DNA of 64,000 bases. Origin: Dehalococcoidia bacterium. GTDB lineage: Bacteria > Chloroflexota > Dehalococcoidia > Bin125. The stretch covers positions 288,001 through 352,000 of the forward strand of contig OY820591.1 of NCBI GenBank assembly GCA_963555985.3. Direction: 5' to 3'. Positions within the stretch are counted from its first letter, which is position 1; every line of letters begins with the position of its first letter. The notes beneath the pieces were generated by a model. That model did not search any database, was not told the DNA's origin, and was given only the letters and a program-made list of their open reading frames with translations. Positions 1 to 10,461 of the stretch are shown here, piece by piece. The translations under genes were made by a program, and so were the position numbers.

Positions 1-496
1 GCCCGGCTACGATCCCACGACCTATCTGGTCAAGCTCACGATCATGAGCTTTCTCGGCAACACCGACGCGATCTCCGAGGTGATCTACGCCGGACTCTGC
101 CACCGCTTTCCCGAGCTCGACTTCGTCTCTGTCGAGAGTGGGATCGGCTACATCCCCTATCTGCTCGAGTCGATGGACTGGCAGTGGATCAACCTCGGTC
201 TGGACAAGGCGCACCCCGAGCGCGACCTCTTGCCGAGCGAGTACTTCTACCGTCAGGTCTACGGCAGTTTCTGGTTCGAGCACGACTCGGCCCTGCGCGT
301 GATCGACCTGATCCAGGACAACGTGATGTACGAGACGGACTTCCCCCACCCGACCAGCATCACGCCGGGAGCGTTCGAGTTTTCCGAAAGCGCCAGCGAG
401 AACTTGGACCGTAAGTTCAGCAACTCCGGCATCTCCGAGGAGATCCTGCGCAAAGTCCTCCACGACAACGCCGCCAAGGTCTACCACCTCGACTGA
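1..496 (+). CDS. Amidohydrolase family 2 protein, 5'-truncated by the window edge
   Basis: Frame is open from position 2; VSVESGIGYIPY, MYETDFPHPTS and LHDNAAKVY motifs are typical of amidohydro_2 C-termini. Confidence 0.85.
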   Translation, partial: PGYDPTTYLVKLTIMSFLGNTDAISEVIYAGLCHRFPELDFVSVESGIGYIPYLLESMDWQWINLGLDKAHPERDLLPSEYFYRQVYGSFWFEHDSALRVIDLIQDNVMYETDFPHPTSITPGAFEFSESASENLDRKFSNSGISEEILRKVLHDNAAKVYHLD

Positions 497-558
497 GCGA
501 TCTAGTTAACCATCTGATCCCCCTGCACACTTCTGGTCAATTCGCCCAGTGCGATCTC

Positions 559-605
559 CCCTCTCCCCCCGCACCGCGGGGGGAGATGCCGCAGGCAGAG
601 GGGGT
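559..605. repeat. REP-like double-hairpin repeat (family A); may also act as a terminator
   Basis: CTCTCCCCCCGCACCGCGGGGGGAGA-TGCCGCAGGCAGAGGGGG; near reverse complement of the copy at 55785-55832. Confidence 0.8.
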
Positions 606-681
606 CCGGTCAGCAAGCCCATCAGCCAGCAGCCACTTACTGTACGGGTGACGAGCGCGTAGGTGGTCAAGGGGACATTCG

Positions 682-2244
682 ATGAGCTGGCAAGCCGAGC
701 TTGATGAGCTGGAACGGCGGGCGGAGCTCGCGCGGCAGATGGGCGGGGAGGAGAGCGTCGCCTTTCATCACGGGCGGGGCAAGCTGACCGTGCGCGAACG
801 GATCGACCTCTTGGCCGATCGCGATGGCTTCCAGGAATCCGGCGCGCTTGCGGGCAATCCCGAGTGGGACGGCAACCGGCTGAGCGGATTGACGCCGGCC
901 AACAGCGTCGTCGGCGTGGCCCGGATCAACGGGCGCAAAGTCGCCGTCCAGGGCGACGATTTCACGATTCGCGGCGGCTCGGCGGATGGTTTCGTCGGCA
1001 GCAAGTCGATCTGGGCGCTGCGCCACGCCTACATGAACCGGATCCCTTTCGTGCGCCTGCTCGATGCGACCGGCGGCAGCGTCCGCACGTTCGAGAAGAT
1101 CGGGCGCACCTACCTCACCGGACCAGAGCAGGGCGGCAATCACGGCTACGAGGATGCGCTCTGGTATGTGCCGGTGGTCAATGTCGTGCTTGGATCGGTG
1201 GCGGGTCTGCCGGCTGTGCTGGCGGCGGACGGCCACTTCAACGTGATGGTCAAGGGGACGAGTCAACTGTTCGTGGGCGGGCCGCCGGTGGTCAAGGCGA
1301 GCCGCGGGTTGGACATCTCCAAAGAGGAACTGGGCGGCGAGCAGATTCAGGTTTTCGAGAACGGGGTCGTCCAGAATCTCGCCGAGACCGAGGCTGAGGC
1401 GATGGCGCAGGCACGGAGGTTCCTGAGCTATCTGCCGCAGAACGTCTGGGAGACGCCGCCGCGAATCGAACCGACCGATGCTCCGGAGCGGCGCGAAGAA
1501 GGCTTGCTCTCGGTGATCCCGCGCAATCTCCGCCGGATCTACAACGCGCGCAAGATTCTCGACTGGGTGTTGGACCAGGATTCGTTCTTCGAGATTCAGC
1601 CGCATTGGGGCAAGTCGCGGATCACCGGTCTGGCTCGCGTTGATGGCTACCCGGTCGGCGTGATGATCAACAACCCGCGCGAGAACGGCGGCGCGACGGA
1701 CAAGGCGGCTGCGGAGAAGGTGATTCGCTTGATCCAGCTCTGCGACACGTTTCATCTGCCGCTGATCTATTTCTGCGACGAGCCCGGATTCTCGGTTGGC
1801 CCCGCCGACGAACGCTCCGGCATCATTCGCGGGGGAACGCGCTTGATGCTGATCAGCCGGCTCTCGCAGATGCCCTATCTGGTCTTCATCACCCGTCAGG
1901 CTTACGGGGTCGCGGGCGGACTTCAGTACCGCCGCGGCAACGCGCTCTACCGCCGCTACGCCTGGCCCTCGGCGCATTGGGGATCGATGCACATTGAGGG
2001 CGGCGTCACCGCCGCCTATCGGCGCGAAATCCGCGAAGCGGGCGATCCGGAGGCGAAACGACTGGAGATTGAGGCGCGGCTCAACGAACTACGATCACCG
2101 ATGCGCACGGCGCACGCCTTCGGGATCGAAGACATGATCGACCCGCGTGAGACTCGTCCGTTGATGGTGGATTTTGTGCGCGACGCCCAGTCATACATCG
2201 CCACCACGCTGGGCCCAACGACGCGCATTCCCTACCTGCCCTGA
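682..2244 (+). CDS. Acyl-CoA carboxylase carboxyltransferase (beta) subunit
   Basis: GKLTVRERIDLL, DDFTIRGGS, GLARVDGYPVG, DEPGF and IDPRETR motifs of PccB/MccB-like proteins. Confidence 0.9.
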   Translation: MSWQAELDELERRAELARQMGGEESVAFHHGRGKLTVRERIDLLADRDGFQESGALAGNPEWDGNRLSGLTPANSVVGVARINGRKVAVQGDDFTIRGGSADGFVGSKSIWALRHAYMNRIPFVRLLDATGGSVRTFEKIGRTYLTGPEQGGNHGYEDALWYVPVVNVVLGSVAGLPAVLAADGHFNVMVKGTSQLFVGGPPVVKASRGLDISKEELGGEQIQVFENGVVQNLAETEAEAMAQARRFLSYLPQNVWETPPRIEPTDAPERREEGLLSVIPRNLRRIYNARKILDWVLDQDSFFEIQPHWGKSRITGLARVDGYPVGVMINNPRENGGATDKAAAEKVIRLIQLCDTFHLPLIYFCDEPGFSVGPADERSGIIRGGTRLMLISRLSQMPYLVFITRQAYGVAGGLQYRRGNALYRRYAWPSAHWGSMHIEGGVTAAYRREIREAGDPEAKRLEIEARLNELRSPMRTAHAFGIEDMIDPRETRPLMVDFVRDAQSYIATTLGPTTRIPYLP

Positions 2245-2256
2245 TCTACACCAGCA

Positions 2257-2988
2257 TCAGACGTCCAGCGGTCGATCGGCGCACCAGAGCAAGCCGTTCC
2301 GGACGAGTCTGCCAAACGCCGGGTGCTTCCAGGTACGCGGGTCGTGTCCGAGCTGCATACAGAAGATGCGCGAATCGCGGTACGTTCGGGTCCAGGCCAA
2401 GGTCTGCATCGAGTTGGGATTGTCGGTCGTCAAGAGCACATCGCAGTCGTCGCCGCAATCGGCGATGTCGTAGGTCTCGTCCTGGATTGAGAAATCCGAG
2501 AGTCCGGCTGCGGCGGGGTGATCGAGATTCACTCGGATGTCGTAGGTGCTCTCCCAGGTGTCCGCGACCTCGATCGTGCGGTCGGGCATCCCGATGACTT
2601 CTGACCACAAGCCGCCCGTACCCCAGTTCAGCAGCGCATGGTGCATCACGAAGATCGGCATCCCTGATTCGATCATGCGCTCCAGACTGTCCACCGTCTT
2701 CTTGCTTGGCTCGTCCCGCAGCATCGTGTAGAACAGCGTCACGTCGTAGCTGTCGCGCATGTCCTGATCGTCCGAGGGCGGCTCGACAATCCCGTGGTCG
2801 CCGCGCAGGTCGGGCCGGCTGATCCGGTGCCCGTCCTCCATGAAGGAGTCGTTACCGGCGCCGAAGAGCCATTGATCGAAGTGGTGGACATAGGCGTCGA
2901 TCCCGTCGAGGCCGTTAAAGAAGTCGATGAAGGGCCGGACGTGGAAGAAGTGTCCGCCGGTGAGGACGGCGACTGAAAGGTTGGTCAT
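2257..2988 (-). CDS. ThuA-like (class I glutamine amidotransferase fold) protein
   Basis: LTGGH near the N-terminus; DETY, LAWTRTY and QLGHD motifs of ThuA domains. Confidence 0.75.
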   Translation of the reverse strand: MTNLSVAVLTGGHFFHVRPFIDFFNGLDGIDAYVHHFDQWLFGAGNDSFMEDGHRISRPDLRGDHGIVEPPSDDQDMRDSYDVTLFYTMLRDEPSKKTVDSLERMIESGMPIFVMHHALLNWGTGGLWSEVIGMPDRTIEVADTWESTYDIRVNLDHPAAAGLSDFSIQDETYDIADCGDDCDVLLTTDNPNSMQTLAWTRTYRDSRIFCMQLGHDPRTWKHPAFGRLVRNGLLWCADRPLDV

Positions 2989-3051
2989 GCTGGTGTCCGT
3001 TTCGTTGGGCGCTCCGCGAGCGACGATGACCGGTCTACTCCCGAGCGGGCG

Positions 3052-3810
3052 TCACCACTCGGCTTGGACCTCCCATTCGGCGGAGATCAGATCGGGCGCC
3101 GTCCAGCAGGCGCAGGCGTGATGGGCGACTCGATCCGGATCGATCAGGCGAATTGCGCCGCGCCGAATAGAGGAGACCAGGCCCTCGCGCGTGAGCAGTG
3201 AGAGGGCTGCGCTGACCGCGGGTCTGGTCGCTCCTACGACTTCGGCGAGTTCTTCATGCGTGATCGGCACGATCTCGTCGCCGGTCTCCTGATGCACCAG
3301 CGAGAGCCAGGCGCAGCAACGGGTGCTGAGCGAGTGGAAGCGGGCGCAGACGGCGTGGGAGGCGGCGAGCCGGAATTTTCTCGCGCTGGCGCGCGCCAGC
3401 GCCACGCGCAGGGTTGAGGAGTGGGTGGCGAGTTCACGCACCGTCGCCGCCGAGACGACGATCGCTTCGCCGGCGACGCGGACTTTGTAGGTGAGGAAGA
3501 AAGGCATCCCGTGCACCGCGCGCATCCCGCCCAGTACGCCCTGGGGTCCGACGAAGACGGGCTGGATGCAATCGCCGTCTTCGGTTTCGAGCACGCCGCC
3601 GAAGATGCCGCTGAGCGGGAAGAGCACGCTGCCGCGGTTGAACCAGCGATCGAGCCGATCGCCGCGCTTGAGGAACACGAATTCGGCCTGTTCCAGGAGT
3701 TCGGCCAGAGGCTCGGGCGCGACCTGCGCGAGAATCCGGTTGCTGCGAACGCGGGCGTCCCAATTGACGCCGAGCTGTGTGGGCACGCCATTTCCTACTG
3801 CTTGAGTCAT
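3052..3810 (-). CDS. Crp/Fnr family transcriptional regulator
   Basis: cNMP-binding-like region plus C-terminal HTH ITHEELAEVVGATRPAVS; ATG at 3810 follows AAGGA. Confidence 0.9.
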   Translation of the reverse strand: MTQAVGNGVPTQLGVNWDARVRSNRILAQVAPEPLAELLEQAEFVFLKRGDRLDRWFNRGSVLFPLSGIFGGVLETEDGDCIQPVFVGPQGVLGGMRAVHGMPFFLTYKVRVAGEAIVVSAATVRELATHSSTLRVALARASARKFRLAASHAVCARFHSLSTRCCAWLSLVHQETGDEIVPITHEELAEVVGATRPAVSAALSLLTREGLVSSIRRGAIRLIDPDRVAHHACACWTAPDLISAEWEVQAEW

Positions 3811-4017
3811 CGTCGGGTCCTTGCTAGGAGAGGCGTGCGAGTCGTAGGGCTGTGTCCTATCGTTCGCTCCGCAGCAAATGTTAGCGCGAGTGAATTGATC
3901 CAAGCAGGACCATCAATCGCGTTGAAGGATTATCGCTGTTGAGAATTGCCTTCGCAACGCCTAGTCTGTGCGCCGGTCAAGGCTGTTTGGCCGCGTCTTG
4001 GGCAGAGGGGAACGAGC

Positions 4018-4776
4018 ATGGACGAGAGCAACGCGATTCTCGAAGTTCGCGGTCTGCGCAAGTGGTTTGGCGGCGTGCATGCACTTGACGGCGTGGACCT
4101 GGAGGTCTACGACGGCGAGATTCTGGGCATCATCGGCCCCAACGGCTCGGGTAAGACGACATTGTTCAACGTGATCGCCGGGGTGCATCGCCCGACCGGT
4201 GGGTTGGTGACGTGGATGGGCGAGAACATCACCGGCAAGTCGGCCGAGTCGATGGCGGGGCGGGGGATCATTCGCACCTTTCAGCAGGCGATGGCGTTCG
4301 AAGACCTGACGGTGCGGGACAACGTTGGGATCGCCTGCCAGCACCGGCCGCGGTCGACGCGCGCCGACCGGACCTATGAGGGGCTGCACAGCGCGGCGGA
4401 GATCATCGATTTCGTCGGCCTGAGTGAGTTCGCCGACGAGAAGGCGACCAATCTCGGTTTTGGCAACCTGCGCCGGCTGGGGGTGGGGATCGCAATCGGC
4501 GGGCATCCGCGGCTGTTGATGGCCGACGAGCCGGCCGCGGGCTTGAATGACAACGAGACCGCCGACCTGAGCCAGCTGATCGAGTCGATTCGCGGGCGCG
4601 GAGTGACCGTCGCGGTGATCGACCACGACATGAACATGATGATGAACATCTGCGACCGCTTGGTCGTGCTGGATTTCGGTCAGAAGATCGCCGAGGGCAA
4701 ACCCGACGAGGTGCGGAACGATCCCAAGGTGCTCGAAGTGTATTTGGGGGAAGATCTTGCCGCTGCTGGAGATTAG
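4018..4776 (+). CDS. livG: Branched-chain amino acid-type ABC transporter ATPase (LivG-like)
   Basis: Walker A GPNGSGKTT, RTFQ, DEPAAG, DHDM, VYLG. Confidence 0.9.
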   Translation: MDESNAILEVRGLRKWFGGVHALDGVDLEVYDGEILGIIGPNGSGKTTLFNVIAGVHRPTGGLVTWMGENITGKSAESMAGRGIIRTFQQAMAFEDLTVRDNVGIACQHRPRSTRADRTYEGLHSAAEIIDFVGLSEFADEKATNLGFGNLRRLGVGIAIGGHPRLLMADEPAAGLNDNETADLSQLIESIRGRGVTVAVIDHDMNMMMNICDRLVVLDFGQKIAEGKPDEVRNDPKVLEVYLGEDLAAAGD

Positions 4777-5491
4777 CGACCTGCATACCGCCTACGGTCG
4801 CACACGGGTTCATCGGGGTATTGAGCTGAGCCTGGAGGCGGGCGAGATCGTCGCCATTCTCGGCCCCAATGGGGCGGGGAAGTCGACGCTGTTGAGCGCG
4901 ATCGCGGGCTTGATCCGTCCGACTGGCGGGCGGATCGAGTACCAGGGGCAGAATTTGGCCGGATGGACGGCCGATCGCGCGGCCAAGGCGGGGATCAGCC
5001 TGGTGCCCGAAGGCCGCCGCATCTTTCAGGGGATGACGGTGCGCGACAACCTCGAGTTGGGCGCGTATGTGCAGTCGGATCGCGGATCGGTTGAGGAAGA
5101 TTTCGGGCGGGTGCTGGAGTATTTCCCGATTCTGCACGAGCGGCTCGATTCGCAGGGCAGCGACCTCAGCGGCGGCCAGCAGCAGATGCTGGCGATTGCG
5201 CGGGGCTTGATGGCGCGTCCGACGCTGATGCTGCTGGATGAGCCGTCGTTGGGGTTGTCGCCTGTGCTCGTGAAGGATCTTGAGGCGATCATCCTCGGTC
5301 TGCGCGAACAGTTTGGCGCGTCGGTGCTGCTGGTGGAGCAGAACGCAAGTCTGGCGCTTGCGGTGGCAACGCGCGGCTATCTGATGCAGACCGGCTCGAT
5401 TGCGGCTGAGGGACTGTTGGAGGAGATGCGCGAGACGGGTCTGATGCGCGAGCTCTACCTGGGGGCGGCGGACGCGGCCGGGGGCGCCTGA
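4757..5491 (+). CDS. livF: Branched-chain amino acid-type ABC transporter ATPase (LivF-like)
   Basis: GPNGAGKST, VPEGRRIF, LSGGQQQMLA, LLDEPSLGL, VEQN; overlaps livG. Confidence 0.9.
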   Translation: MPLLEISDLHTAYGRTRVHRGIELSLEAGEIVAILGPNGAGKSTLLSAIAGLIRPTGGRIEYQGQNLAGWTADRAAKAGISLVPEGRRIFQGMTVRDNLELGAYVQSDRGSVEEDFGRVLEYFPILHERLDSQGSDLSGGQQQMLAIARGLMARPTLMLLDEPSLGLSPVLVKDLEAIILGLREQFGASVLLVEQNASLALAVATRGYLMQTGSIAAEGLLEEMRETGLMRELYLGAADAAGGA

Positions 5492-5508
5492 GCGCACAGC
5501 GTCGTACC

Positions 5509-5928
5509 TCAGCCCAGGGCGGCTGCGCCGGCTTGGGCGACTTCGGTGTCCTGCTGGTAGCTGCCGCCGCTGACGCCGATCGCGCCGATGATCGCGCCCT
5601 CGCTGACGAGCGGGACGCCGCCGCCGATCATCATGAAGTTGGGGATGGCGGTGACGCCGTGAAGCAGGGGCGGATCGTTTTCGATCACGCTGTACCACTG
5701 GTCGGTGGCCAGACCAAAGCCGACCGCTGTGGTCGCCTTGTGCTGGGCGACGTCGACGCTGGCGAGGAGCGCTCCGTCCATGCGCAGGAACGCCTTGAGC
5801 TTGGCGGATTCGTCGACGATCGCGATCACCATCGGTACGCCGAGCTCGTTTGCTTTGGCGATGGCCGCTTCGATTGCCTGTCCGGCGCCTTCGGCGCTGA
5901 TGGTCTGCTTGGAGGTCGTTGAGGCCAC
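5509..5928 (-). CDS. GlcG/HbpS family heme-binding protein
   Basis: IAIVD, RMDGA, KA-TA, GGGVP and GAIGVSGG motifs. Confidence 0.9.
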   Translation of the reverse strand: MASTTSKQTISAEGAGQAIEAAIAKANELGVPMVIAIVDESAKLKAFLRMDGALLASVDVAQHKATTAVGFGLATDQWYSVIENDPPLLHGVTAIPNFMMIGGGVPLVSEGAIIGAIGVSGGSYQQDTEVAQAGAAALG

Positions 5929-5976
5929 GTTGTGCTCCAGTTTCGTTGTGTCTGATTGACGCGCACTCCGGCGGCG

Positions 5977-6852
5977 CTAGGCCGCCGAGCCTCGCAGCAG
6001 CCCCTGCGGGCGCACGAGCAGGATCAGGATCATGAGGCCGAAGGCGTAGGCGTTGGTCCAGGCGGGGGCGAAGTAGCCCTGGCTCATGGCTTCGAGCAGG
6101 CCGAGGAAGAGGGCGGCCAGTACGGCTCCGGTGACGTTGCCCAAGCCGCCGATGATCGCGACGGCGAAGCCTTTGATCACGAAGTTCGCGCCGACGAAGG
6201 GGGAGACGGGGAAGAAGGAGATCAGCAGCGCTCCGCCGAGACCGGCGATGGCGCTGCCGACGATGAAGATGCCCATGACGTAACGCCGAACCGGGATGCC
6301 CATCAGCGCGGCGGTGTCGCGGTCGGTGGCGATAGCGCGGAGGGCGCGTCCCCAACGAGTGCGCTGGATGCCGTAGAAGGTGGCGGCGAAGAGGGCGAGG
6401 GTGGTGCCGATCACGAAGACGCGGGTGGCGAGCACGCGGACATCGCCGACGTCCCAGACGACGTTGAGGGGACGAGGGATATCGACCGCATCGGCGTTCC
6501 AGATGCCGGCGACGACGTGTTGGAGGATGAAGATCAGACCGATCGAGACAATGAAGCCGTTGATCGGTTCCTGGAGGGTGAAGCGGAACAGCCCCCGTTC
6601 GAGGGCGAGGCCGAGCGTGCCGACGACGGCGATCGCGACCATCAGACCGAGGAAGTACCAGCCGAAGCCTGCGCCCAGGCCGAGTTCGACGACGACGGCC
6701 CAGACGGCGTAGCCGCCGATCATCAGCATTTCGCCCTGAGCGAAGTTGACGATTCCGGTGAGGCCGAAGATCAGGGTGATGCCGATCGCGATCAGGGCGA
6801 TCACGCTGGCGATGGAGAGACCGAGCACGACCTGCTGGAGGAAGGTATCCAT
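5977..6852 (-). CDS. livH: Liv-type ABC transporter permease (LivH-like), copy 1
   Basis: GITLIFGLTGIVNFAQGE, GRALRA, IIGGLG, VRPQGL. Confidence 0.9.
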   Translation of the reverse strand: MDTFLQQVVLGLSIASVIALIAIGITLIFGLTGIVNFAQGEMLMIGGYAVWAVVVELGLGAGFGWYFLGLMVAIAVVGTLGLALERGLFRFTLQEPINGFIVSIGLIFILQHVVAGIWNADAVDIPRPLNVVWDVGDVRVLATRVFVIGTTLALFAATFYGIQRTRWGRALRAIATDRDTAALMGIPVRRYVMGIFIVGSAIAGLGGALLISFFPVSPFVGANFVIKGFAVAIIGGLGNVTGAVLAALFLGLLEAMSQGYFAPAWTNAYAFGLMILILLVRPQGLLRGSAA

Positions 6853-7083
6853 CTGCTCGCCGTCCTCTCGCGGGCGCGTCCTCCGGGAGCGCGGAGCGGA
6901 TCGTCTTGCTGCGTCGCAGCCGCGCACAAGTTAGCGAAGCGGCGCAGCCTGTTTCGTCATGACGCTTACTGACATCGCAGCTCGATATTTTCATCTTGCC
7001 CGCAGGTTGGCGGCCTGAGGCTGCCGATGGTCGTTCTGCCGCAGATGGAAAGCGCAGACGACGAACGAGAGGAGCGGGAACCC

Positions 7084-8499
7084 ATGATGGCGACACGATG
7101 GAACAGGCTGTTGGGGGGTCGAGGGTTGCTCGCCTTTGTCAGCCTCTTTGTGATGGGAGCGATGATTTTCGCTGCCTGCGGCGATGACGACGAAGAGCAG
7201 CCGCAACCGGCCGCCGCCCAAGCGCAGGAACAGCAGGAACAGGAGCAAGCGGCTGCGCAGGCGCAAGCGGAAGAGCAAGAACAAGAGCAAGCGGCCGCCG
7301 AGGCAGAGGAAGAAGAGGTCATCTGGATCGACATCGGCGTGGTCGCGCCGAGTTCGGGCGGCTATGAAGTCTTCGGGCACACCTATGAAGCCTCGGGCAA
7401 GCTCGTTGAGCACGAGATCAACACGGGCGCGCAGTACTGCGTCGACATGGGCGTCTGCGAGCCCGGGGGCGGCTTCCTGATCGACGGCAAGCTGCACAAG
7501 CTGCGGATCCACTTCCGCGACGACCGCAGCGACATCAACGCGCACGTTGCGCTCGTGCAGGAGTTGGTCCGCGATGTCGGCATCGTCGCCTGCATGTGCG
7601 GCACGCCGCACGACTTCGCGGTGGCCAGTTCGAAGGTGACGCAGCCGGCCAAGGTGCTGCATTTCTCCGGTTCGAGCACGCTGGAAGAGATTCTGACCGA
7701 GGAGGCGACCGCGCCCGGCGGTGAGAACCGCTACCTCTTCCAGACCGAGACGCGCGAGTGGCAGCGCAGCGGCAGCATCATGAAGGGCGCGGTCGACCTG
7801 ATCGACCCCAACTCTGAGGTCACCGTGATCATGATGCTCAACGACGCGACCGGCCAGTTTCTCGCGCCGTACATCAAGCGCGCGCTCGAGGCGAACAACC
7901 AGACGGTGCCCGAGATCATCTACTGGGATCCCGACACCACGGACTTCTCGCCGTTGTTCTCGCGCGCCAAGGGGCACAACCCCGACATCATCGTCTTCAT
8001 GTACGACCCGGACCGAGCGATTCAGGCCATCCCCCAGGCCCTGGAGATCGGTACCGCGAACAGCGGTTACTTCATGTTCGGGATCGACCCCGGCGAGTAC
8101 CTGAAGCGCGAGCTCCAGTCCGACCTGCCGGTTGGCATGGCTTGTGTGCCGATCTGTTGGGGCGCGACCGACCGCCAGCAAGCTGCTGACTACTGGGTCC
8201 GCTACGAGGAGTTCGGCAACGAGCTGCGCTCCTTCTCCTCGGTCAGCCTGCTCACCTACGACGACTACTACATGCTGATCAAGGCCTACCAGGCCGCCGG
8301 CACGTTCACGGACGCGGACGCCGTGGTCGATGCCTTGCTCGAGGTCCGGCACGACGGCGTGATCGCCGACGGGTTCTACTTCGACAATCGTCACATCGTG
8401 GCGCACGGGACTGAGGTTTGCGTCTCGCGCAACCTTGAGTTCGAGTGCCAGTTCACACCGCCGCCGTCCGATCCCCCGCCCGGCACGCCAGGCTTCTGA
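7084..8499 (+). CDS. Liv-type ABC substrate-binding lipoprotein, copy 1
   Basis: Lipobox FAAC, Q/E/A-rich linker, IGVVAPSSG, TTDFSP and YD motifs of periplasmic binding protein family 6. Confidence 0.85.
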   Translation: MMATRWNRLLGGRGLLAFVSLFVMGAMIFAACGDDDEEQPQPAAAQAQEQQEQEQAAAQAQAEEQEQEQAAAEAEEEEVIWIDIGVVAPSSGGYEVFGHTYEASGKLVEHEINTGAQYCVDMGVCEPGGGFLIDGKLHKLRIHFRDDRSDINAHVALVQELVRDVGIVACMCGTPHDFAVASSKVTQPAKVLHFSGSSTLEEILTEEATAPGGENRYLFQTETREWQRSGSIMKGAVDLIDPNSEVTVIMMLNDATGQFLAPYIKRALEANNQTVPEIIYWDPDTTDFSPLFSRAKGHNPDIIVFMYDPDRAIQAIPQALEIGTANSGYFMFGIDPGEYLKRELQSDLPVGMACVPICWGATDRQQAADYWVRYEEFGNELRSFSSVSLLTYDDYYMLIKAYQAAGTFTDADAVVDALLEVRHDGVIADGFYFDNRHIVAHGTEVCVSRNLEFECQFTPPPSDPPPGTPGF

Positions 8500-8700
8500 T
8501 CGGCCTCGGAGCGGAGCGGACGTTCGGCGCTCGTGATACAGCCGAACGTCGAGGAGGCGCTGGCAGCCGCCCGGTCGCGGGCGGCCGCCAGCGCCGCGCC
8601 AATCGCATTGCCAGCTCGTTTCAGGTCGGTCAATCGCGGCAGGGGGACTGCCAAAGCGGTATGTTCCGTCTGCGAGCGAAGCACGAGGTAGGACAGGGCC

Positions 8701-9891
8701 GTGATTGCTGAGTTCTGGGACTCGCGGGGACGCCGCCTGGCCAGCCAGTTGACGCGCGAGCTGACACCGGCGCAGACCGTGATCTGGACTGCGCTGGTGA
8801 TCGTGATGGTGCTGTTTCCGACGATCGTCCATAGCTCACGCTTTCTCGATGTGGCGATCACCTACGGCATTTTTGCGATTGCGCTCTACGGCCTGGGATT
8901 TTTGTACGGCCAGACGAATTTTCTCTCGATTGCGCACTCGGCCCTGATGGGGGTCGGCGCCTACACGGCGGCGATTCTGTTCATTCAGGCCGGGCTGGGG
9001 TTCTGGGCTGTCTTGCCGCTGGCGGCGCTGCTGGCGATGGCGGCGGCGCTGCTGCTTGGCTATCCGGCGCTGCGGGTGAGCGGCTATCACTTCGTGATCG
9101 TCACCTTCGCGGCGTGCGAGTTGTTCGTGCTCGCGACGCGCAATCTGGGCGGGGCGGAAGCGCGCAAGGGGCTGACCGGCGGCGCGCAGGGTCTCGACAT
9201 CACTGAGCCGGTGGGCGCGATTTTCGGCCAGAGCTTCGACATCAACCTCGAACTGGAGCCGTTCTATTACCTGGTGATCGCGTTTCTGTTGATCACGATC
9301 GTGGTCACGCAGGTATTCGTTGGATCTCCCCTGGGCCGGACCTTCCGGGCGATCCGCGAGAACGAGCCGCTGGCGCGCTCGGTTGGGATTCAGGCGAATT
9401 GGTACAAGATTCTGGCGTTCGGGATCAGCGGCCTGTTCGCGGGCGTGGCGGGAGCGTTGTTCGCGTACAAGCTGCGCCACATTGCGCCCGATCTGTTCAA
9501 CTCGTTCGAGGGTGTGGAGTTGGCGCTGATGGTGTTGCTGGGCGGTTCGCGGCGGCTGATGGGTCCGCTGGTGGGGGCGATCATCGTTGGTTTCCTGCCG
9601 GATGTGCTCGACGTGATGGGGCTGGGGCTGACGCCATTCCAGCGGCAGATCGTGTTCGGCGCGCTGCTGATCGCGGTGATCATCCTGTTGCCGCATGGTC
9701 TGGTGCAGGGCGTGGCTGATCTCTATGGCCTCGGCAAGCGTGAGTTGGGGGCGAGGCTGAGACCGCCGCCCGGGCCGCCCAGCCCGGGTGGAGGAGCGGC
9801 GGAAGCAGAAGCGGAAGCGGAGCTGCCTGCCGTGGATGATGCTGAAGAGGAGGCCGCGGTGGCGGATGAGGAGCCGGCTCCGAGGGGCTGA
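8701..9891 (+). CDS. livM: Liv-type ABC transporter permease (LivM-like), copy 1
   Basis: SIAHSALMGVGAY, PALRVSGYHF, RAIRENE, MVLLGG. Confidence 0.9.
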   Translation: MIAEFWDSRGRRLASQLTRELTPAQTVIWTALVIVMVLFPTIVHSSRFLDVAITYGIFAIALYGLGFLYGQTNFLSIAHSALMGVGAYTAAILFIQAGLGFWAVLPLAALLAMAAALLLGYPALRVSGYHFVIVTFAACELFVLATRNLGGAEARKGLTGGAQGLDITEPVGAIFGQSFDINLELEPFYYLVIAFLLITIVVTQVFVGSPLGRTFRAIRENEPLARSVGIQANWYKILAFGISGLFAGVAGALFAYKLRHIAPDLFNSFEGVELALMVLLGGSRRLMGPLVGAIIVGFLPDVLDVMGLGLTPFQRQIVFGALLIAVIILLPHGLVQGVADLYGLGKRELGARLRPPPGPPSPGGGAAEAEAEAELPAVDDAEEEAAVADEEPAPRG

Positions 9892-9928
9892 ACCTGAACA
9901 TAGCTGAACGCGGTTGGCGCCGGCTCCG

Positions 9929-9996
9929 CCCCTCTGTCCCCCCGCCTACGCGGGGGCAGGCTCTACGGGACATCTCCCCCGCAGAGGGGGGAGGGG
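9929..9996. repeat. REP-like family A repeat carrying a 23-bp internal insert
   Basis: CCTCTGTCC[CCCCGCCTACGCGGGGGCAGGCT]CTACGGGACATCTCCCCCGCAGAGGGGGGA; compare the empty copy at 43553-43603. Confidence 0.75.
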
Positions 9997-10110
9997 ATAA
10001 GAGGAAAGGCACGGTAGGGACTCGCGGTCGTGATCCGCTCGGTCGGTGAGAAAAAAACGAGGGGTTGAGTTTGCCGCTTGCGGGCTGGGGACAGCCCTCC
10101 GGTCGGGGGA

Positions 10111-10461
10111 TTACTGCGGCTCTTCCTCTTCTTCGAGGCTGTCGTCGTCGTCCGGCAAGGGCACGTCTTCGCCGCGCATGAGGGCGACGGCGATGGCGTG
10201 CGGATGCAGGTGGAGCTCCTTCTTCTGCTCGGGGGTGAGCGGGGCTTCGGACAGGCGAGGGGAGTAATTGGGTCGGGGCGCAGGTTCGGGGTGGGGTTCG
10301 ATGTCGAGCGCGTGATGGATCTCTCGGGTCTTGGAGTTGGACGGGGAGAGTTCGCGGATGAGGAGGGCGAGCGCTTTGATGCGGACATGGCCGGCTTCGT
10401 CGGAGTGGGCGATTTGGCCGACGCCGGTCATGCTGGACTGGTAGGTGTAGTCGAAAGACAT
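10111..10461 (-). CDS. Hypothetical protein (116 aa, acidic tail)
   Basis: AAAGGA RBS upstream of the ATG, TATAAG -10-like hexamer at 10503-10498, C-ending codon bias; no family recognised. Confidence 0.55.
   Translation of the reverse strand: MSFDYTYQSSMTGVGQIAHSDEAGHVRIKALALLIRELSPSNSKTREIHHALDIEPHPEPAPRPNYSPRLSEAPLTPEQKKELHLHPHAIAVALMRGEDVPLPDDDDSLEEEEEPQ

Noticed and set aside
3896-3917. FNR box upstream of the Crp/Fnr gene
   Set aside because: TTGAT and ATCAA are 12 bp apart rather than 4; a nearby imperfect palindrome at about 3938-3958 is too weak to call.
4403-7096. 897-aa minus-strand ORF and other long shadow ORFs (667-1992, 6991-8832, 14688-17105, 41807-43375)
   Set aside because: They overlap well-supported genes in other frames, are Arg/Pro/Gly-rich without motifs, and are expected in high-GC DNA.
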